A DNA stretch of 37,864 nucleotides from the NCBI GenBank assembly GCA_019244185.1, contig JAFATB010000017.1, positions 1 through 37,864 on the forward strand, written 5' to 3'. The first letter of the stretch is position 1. Every line of letters begins with the position of its first letter. The DNA is from Acidobacteriota bacterium (GTDB lineage: Bacteria; Acidobacteriota; Thermoanaerobaculia; Gp7-AA8). Below, piece by piece: positions 33,772 to 37,864 of this stretch. The notes beneath the pieces are model-generated. The model had not been told where the DNA came from and made no database searches. It saw only the letters and a list, made by a program, of their open reading frames with translations. A program made the position numbers and the translations under genes.

Positions 33772-34101
33772 ATGGCAGATTCGAATGCAGTGCAGCAGCT
33801 TGGCGACAACGATTTCGACAGCGTCCTCAACGGCGGCAAGCCGGTCTTCGTCGACTTCTGGGCACCGTGGTGCGGACCGTGCCGCATCATCGGACCGCTC
33901 GTCGAAGAGCTCGCTCCGTCCTACAACGGCAAAGCGGTGATCGGAAAGCTGAACGTCGACGACAACCCGAACGTCGCGCAGCGCTACGGCGTGACCTCGA
34001 TCCCGACGCTGATGATGTTCAAGGACGGCAAGCTCGTCGACCGCATCGTCGGCGCCGTGCCGAAGGGCACGCTCCAGCAGTTCATCGATCGCAACCTCTG
34101 A
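33772..34101 (+). CDS. trxA: Thioredoxin
   Basis: VDFWAPWCGPC, KLNVDDNP and SIPTL; 109 aa; SD AGGAG at 33757-33761. Confidence 0.97.
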   Translation: MADSNAVQQLGDNDFDSVLNGGKPVFVDFWAPWCGPCRIIGPLVEELAPSYNGKAVIGKLNVDDNPNVAQRYGVTSIPTLMMFKDGKLVDRIVGAVPKGTLQQFIDRNL

Positions 34102-34129
34102 TCGCGCGCTTCCAACGCGCGCATGACGG

Positions 34130-34160
34130 AAACGGCGGGCGCAAGCCCGCCGTTTTCGTT
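34130..34160. terminator. Bidirectional intrinsic terminator between trxA and the M24 peptidase
   Basis: 11-bp stem AAACGGCGGGC / GCCCGCCGTTT with a GCAA tetraloop, followed by TCGTT. Confidence 0.85.
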
Positions 34161-34189
34161 GATGGTCGGGGCGCAAGCCCGCCGTTTTC
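34137..34189. repeat. 21-nt perfect direct repeat duplicating the loop and 3' arm of the terminator
   Basis: GGGCGCAAGCCCGCCGTTTTC at 34137-34157 and 34169-34189. Confidence 0.85.
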
Positions 34190-34192
34190 CGT

Positions 34193-35365
34193 TTACGGCT
34201 CGAGCCGGTACGCGCCGCGGCACAGCGTCTCGACGCCGGTCTCGGTCACGACGAACGTGTCTTCGATGCGCACGCCGAGCTCGCGCTCGGGGAAGTAGAG
34301 TCCCGGCTCGATGGTGAGCACGTCGCCGGTTTCGACGCGGTCGCGGTTGTTCGGATTGAGCGCGAACGACGGCATCTCGTGGATGTCGAGCCCGACGCCA
34401 TGCCCGAGCCCGTGCACGTAGCCGCGGTGCGTCGACGGCTCGCTGCGGATCGTTGGATATCCACGCTTCTCGAAGAAGTCGCAGACGAGCAGCTGATACG
34501 ACGACGCGAGCGTGCCCGGCACCATCGCATCGCGCGCGCGGGTGAACGCCTCCAGCACATCCGCATGCAGCCGCCGCAGCTCGTCCGGAATCGGGCCGAC
34601 GCAGAACGTGCGCGTGAGATCGAAGAAGTAGCCGGTGGCTTTGTCGGCCGGAAAGATGTCGAGGACGATCGGCACGGACGGGCGGATCTCGGCGGACGCG
34701 TCGCCGCGCGAATGCGGCACGCCGGCATCGCGTCCCTGCGAGAGGATGGTCTCGTGATCTTCGATCATGCCGAGGCGCGCGATCTCGCTCGCGACGAGCT
34801 CCTTCAGTTCACCGAGCTTCATCCCCGGACGCCACGCGCGCAGCCGCTCGCGTACGGCATCGACGACCTGCTCGGTGCGCTCGCCGACGTCGCGGATCGC
34901 GGCGAGTTCGCGCGCGTCCTTGCGCTTGCGCGCGAGCTGGATGAGGTCCTGTCCGTCGCCGCGATCGACGCGGATGCCGCGGCGTTCGAGCGCGTCCGGC
35001 ATGCCGGCGTACAACTGCAGAGGCGCGTTGCCGAAGAAGGCGACGGAGTCCGCGCCGAGGAAGCGAAGGATGTTCGCGAAGAGCTCCGCGTGCGCCTCGA
35101 CGGCATTCGGCGCCTCGCGAAAGATGCGTTCGTGATCGAATTCGTGGACGAGATGCACTTCGAGACCCGTCGCCGCCGCTTCGTCGCGTTCCATCGGATA
35201 CGTGACGACCACGGGCTCGCGGCCGGGGAGTTTGATCGCGTAGCCGCGCGTGACTTTCGCGCCGCGCGTCAGCCAGCGGAACGACGGGTGCATCGCCTCG
35301 TGCATCGGGACGAAGAGCGCGCCGAGGCCGCGGGCGCGCAGGAGAGGATCGAGATCGCGCAGCAT
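34193..35365 (-). CDS. M24 family Xaa-Pro aminopeptidase/dipeptidase
   Basis: LDIFP....GYFFDLTRTF, HGLGHGVGLDIHE, TIEPGLY and GVRIEDT. Confidence 0.93.
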   Translation of the reverse strand: MLRDLDPLLRARGLGALFVPMHEAMHPSFRWLTRGAKVTRGYAIKLPGREPVVVTYPMERDEAAATGLEVHLVHEFDHERIFREAPNAVEAHAELFANILRFLGADSVAFFGNAPLQLYAGMPDALERRGIRVDRGDGQDLIQLARKRKDARELAAIRDVGERTEQVVDAVRERLRAWRPGMKLGELKELVASEIARLGMIEDHETILSQGRDAGVPHSRGDASAEIRPSVPIVLDIFPADKATGYFFDLTRTFCVGPIPDELRRLHADVLEAFTRARDAMVPGTLASSYQLLVCDFFEKRGYPTIRSEPSTHRGYVHGLGHGVGLDIHEMPSFALNPNNRDRVETGDVLTIEPGLYFPERELGVRIEDTFVVTETGVETLCRGAYRLEP

Positions 35366-35397
35366 GATGGTGCGCGGATTGTAGGCGTTGAGGTGGG

Positions 35398-36090
35398 ATG
35401 AGCAGTATTCGGGTGATGTCGTACAACATTCAGGGACACGCGGCGATGCGGCGCGAGGATCATCTGCCGAAGCTGGCGGAAGTGATCGCGGCGGCGGCGC
35501 CCGACGTCGTCGGTCTGCAGGAAGTGCATTGCCGCACGCGCGTGGGGCCGGTGCATCAGGGCGAGGTGCTCGCGTCGCTCACCGGGATGAACCTCTGGTT
35601 CGGCCGCAGCTGCGCGATGGACGGAGGCGACTACGGCAACGCGGTGCTGACGCGCGGCACGATCGTCGACGCGGTCGTGCACCCGCTGCCGGGCTCCGGC
35701 GAGCCGCGCTCGGTGCTGCAGACCGACATCGATCTCGACGGCGCGTCGTTCACGTTCTTCGTCACGCACCTCGCCGCGTGGGGACGCCTTCTGCGCGTTG
35801 CGCGCATGCGCCAGATCGCCACGCTCGGCGACGTCACCGCGCGCGCGAAACTGCCGCACGTGCTCGTCGGCGACTTCAACGTCCCGCCGGCGGCGGAGGA
35901 GATCCGCGCGCTCCTCGCGCACGGTCACCTGCGCGTGATCGGCGACGCGAAGGAAGCGACGTTTCCGATGACGCGGCAGCGCCTCGACTACGTCTTCTGC
36001 GACGCGCCGTGGACGTGCGTCCGCGCGGAAGTGATCCGGCGCGGCCCGTCGGATCACTGGGCGGTGGTGGTGGATCTGGAGCTGGGTTAG
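35398..36090 (+). CDS. Endonuclease/exonuclease/phosphatase (EEP) family protein
   Basis: MSYNI, DVVGLQEV, YGNAVLTR, THL, GDFN, LDYVF and SDH. Confidence 0.93.
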   Translation: MSSIRVMSYNIQGHAAMRREDHLPKLAEVIAAAAPDVVGLQEVHCRTRVGPVHQGEVLASLTGMNLWFGRSCAMDGGDYGNAVLTRGTIVDAVVHPLPGSGEPRSVLQTDIDLDGASFTFFVTHLAAWGRLLRVARMRQIATLGDVTARAKLPHVLVGDFNVPPAAEEIRALLAHGHLRVIGDAKEATFPMTRQRLDYVFCDAPWTCVRAEVIRRGPSDHWAVVVDLELG

Positions 36091-37187
36091 GCGCGCAGGA
36101 TCTCGCCAAACGCCCCCATGAACGCCTTCATCTCATCCTGCGTCCCAACGGTCACGCGCAGGTGTTGCGGGAGGGCGGGGAAGACGCGGCCGACGCGGAT
36201 GTTGCGCTCGCGGAAGGCGGCGATGACGGGCTTGGCGTCGCGGCGGAGCTCGACCATGAAGAAGTTCGCTTCGCTCGGGAGCGTGCGGTAGCCGAGGCGC
36301 GTGAGCTCGGCGGTCGTCCAGGCGCGGACGTCGCTGTTGCGTTTGCGCGAGGACGCGGCGTGCGGCTCGTCGGCGAGCGCGGCGCGCGCGGCGACGACGC
36401 CGAGGAGATTCATCGCGTTGAAGGCTTGATGGCGGCCGAGGGTCTCGATGAGCGCGGGCGCGCCGACGGCGTAGCCGCAGCGGAGGCCGGCCATCGCGTA
36501 GACCTTCGAGAACGTGCGCGCGACGAGGAGGTTCGGCTTCGACGCGGCCAGCGACGCGACGCTCTCGTAGTCGCTCGACGTCGCGTAGTGGTGATATGCC
36601 TCGTCGACGAGCACGATCGTCGGTTCCGGCACCGCGTCGAGGAACGCGCGCATCGCCGCTTTCGGCGTGATCGTGCCGGTCGGATTGTTCGGGTTGCAGA
36701 TGTAGACGAGGCCCGCGCCGCGCGCGGCGTCGCGCATCTTGTCGAGATCGTGCGCGTACGCGGTGTCGAGCGGCACTTTCACGACGTCGGTCGCGGCGGC
36801 GTCGTACCAGAGCGCCTCGAACGTCGGATCGGCGGTGACGAGCTTCCGCCCGCCGCCGAGGAACGCGAGCGCGGCGTCGTGGAGGATGTCGCTCGAGCCG
36901 TTGCCGACGAGCACGGAGTCCGTCGAGACGTCGTGCAGCTTCGCGATGCGCTCGCGGAGCGCGCGCTCCGCCTCGTCCGGATAGCGGCAGACGTTCGCGA
37001 GCGCATCCTGCACCGCGCGCATCGCCAGCGGCGACGGCCCGTACGGATTCTCGTTCGCGTTCAGCAGCACCGGCGCGCCGGGCGCGGTGCGCGCGAGGAG
37101 CACGGGGAACGAGGGGAGCGCGGCCACCGCCGCACCGGTGCCGAGCAGGCGAGCGAAGCCGCGGCGGGAAACATCGATTTGTTGCAT
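36087..37187 (-). CDS. HisC-like class I/II PLP aminotransferase with a twin-arginine signal peptide
   Basis: MQQIDVSRRGFARLLGTGAAVAAL (Tat-like). Motifs NANENPYGPSP, YICNPNNPTG, DEAY and RTFSKVYAMAGLRCG (PLP Lys). Confidence 0.88.
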   Translation of the reverse strand: MQQIDVSRRGFARLLGTGAAVAALPSFPVLLARTAPGAPVLLNANENPYGPSPLAMRAVQDALANVCRYPDEAERALRERIAKLHDVSTDSVLVGNGSSDILHDAALAFLGGGRKLVTADPTFEALWYDAAATDVVKVPLDTAYAHDLDKMRDAARGAGLVYICNPNNPTGTITPKAAMRAFLDAVPEPTIVLVDEAYHHYATSSDYESVASLAASKPNLLVARTFSKVYAMAGLRCGYAVGAPALIETLGRHQAFNAMNLLGVVAARAALADEPHAASSRKRNSDVRAWTTAELTRLGYRTLPSEANFFMVELRRDAKPVIAAFRERNIRVGRVFPALPQHLRVTVGTQDEMKAFMGAFGEILRA

Positions 37188-37260
37188 GAAGGAATTATGC
37201 GCTTCTCGCTCGCCGCGCACCGCCGTTCGAATGTGCTCGTAGTGGGCCTCCGGCCCGTGA

Positions 37261-37271
37261 TGTGCTACGTT
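37261..37271 (+). promoter_or_regulatory. Extended -10 promoter element for kup
   Basis: TGTGCTACGTT, 15 nt upstream of ATG 37287. Confidence 0.45.
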
Positions 37272-37286
37272 TCCGCGTCGGACTGC

Positions 37287-37864
37287 ATGCAGGCGGAAGA
37301 ACAGCAGCACTCGCGGCGCTACCTCCTCACTCTTTCGCTCGGCGCCCTCGGAGTGGTCTACGGCGACATCGGGACGAGCCCGCTGTACGCGTTTCGCGAG
37401 TGTTTCTCGAAAGAGCACGGGCTCGCGGTGAACGCCGAGAACATCCTCGGCATCCTCTCGCTCGTCTTCTGGTCGCTCGTCGTCGTCATCTCGATCAAGT
37501 ACCTGCTCTTCGTGATGCGCGCGGACAACCGCGGGGAAGGCGGCATCCTCGCGCTGATGTCGCTCGTGCGTCCGCGCAAGTCCGTGCGGCGCGGCGCGCT
37601 GCTCGCGCTCGGCCTCTTCGGCGCGGCGCTGCTCTACGGCGACGGCATGATCACGCCGGCGATCTCCGTGCTCGGCGCGGTGGAGGGCCTGCAGGTCATC
37701 GCCCCCGCGCTCGGCCACGTCGTCGTACCGGCGACGTTCGCGATCATCTTCACGCTGTTCTACTTCCAGTACAAAGGCACCGCGAAGGTCGGCGGCGCGT
37801 TCGGCTGGATCATGCTCGCGTGGTTCCTCGCCATCGGCGCGTTGGGCATCGGCGAGATCGTGCA
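37287..37864 (+). CDS. kup: KUP/HAK/KT potassium transporter, 3'-truncated by the window edge
   Basis: Translated by hand from ATG 37287: ...LGALGVVYGDIGTSPLYAFREC...SIKYLLFVMRADNRGEGGILAL...LLYGDGMITPAISVLGAVEGL. Absent from the ORF track because it runs off the end. Confidence 0.95.
   Translation, partial: MQAEEQQHSRRYLLTLSLGALGVVYGDIGTSPLYAFRECFSKEHGLAVNAENILGILSLVFWSLVVVISIKYLLFVMRADNRGEGGILALMSLVRPRKSVRRGALLALGLFGAALLYGDGMITPAISVLGAVEGLQVIAPALGHVVVPATFAIIFTLFYFQYKGTAKVGGAFGWIMLAWFLAIGALGIGEIV

Noticed and set aside
37188-37286. c-di-AMP (ydaO) riboswitch upstream of kup
   Set aside because: The divergent intergenic region is only about 100 nt, the putative -10 box lies 15 nt from the ATG, and no ydaO consensus is present.
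1807-37718. Many long antisense or alternate-frame ORFs (e.g. 1807-3030+, 3030-4238+, 13322-14866-, 15060-16625-, 17226-18860-, 29649-31103+, 32022-33374+)
   Set aside because: They are shadows of well-supported genes, expected from high GC and strong codon bias. They show no recognisable motifs or translation signals.
1-37864. Mobile elements, prophage, defence systems, tRNA or rRNA genes
   Set aside because: No integrase, transposase, phage or defence-nuclease motifs and no cloverleaf or rRNA-like segments were seen. Composition is fairly uniform and intergenic gaps are short.

Overview
Gene-dense, high-GC bacterial chromosomal window with about 44 CDSs. No rRNA, tRNA, CRISPR array or mobile element was seen. 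The gene content (GWxTD protein, GGVV-repeat TonB with ExbB and two ExbD, DUF3011) suggests an Acidobacteriota-like diderm, which is an inference. In order: the 3' part of a biotin carboxylase; a secreted 4-repeat Cys-rich DUF3011 protein; an SDR/acyl-CoA dehydrogenase/phosphotransferase operon (lva/ACAD10-11-like); pirin; a YkuD_2 L,D-transpeptidase; FUSC; a BMP nucleoside-type ABC operon; a GWxTD protein; ribBA; a TDO-like protein; a TPR-TonB-ExbB-ExbD-ExbD operon; DoxX; CPBP; thiolase; a stand-alone secretin-N0/STN-like protein; DedA/TVP38; an M23 peptidase with a bactofilin-like gene; TMEM175; rhomboid; GalT-like; CDP-alcohol phosphotransferase; an L,D-transpeptidase pair; a metal-uptake operon; trxA; an M24 peptidase; an EEP; a Tat-exported HisC-like aminotransferase; and the 5' part of kup. 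The best leads are: (1) an HHH/CxxC/RGPP leader ORF whose last codons form a long hairpin over the Shine-Dalgarno of a porin-SBP-permease metal-uptake operon, a candidate metal-sensing ribosome-arrest switch; (2) a Cys-to-Ser pseudo-L,D-transpeptidase with a cytoplasmic tandem RRxxxR tail next to an intact paralog; (3) an M23 plus divergent bactofilin module; (4) a triplicated pirin 3' end with synonymous changes; (5) many apparently leaderless genes. All functional calls come from motif recognition by eye, and no database searches were run.
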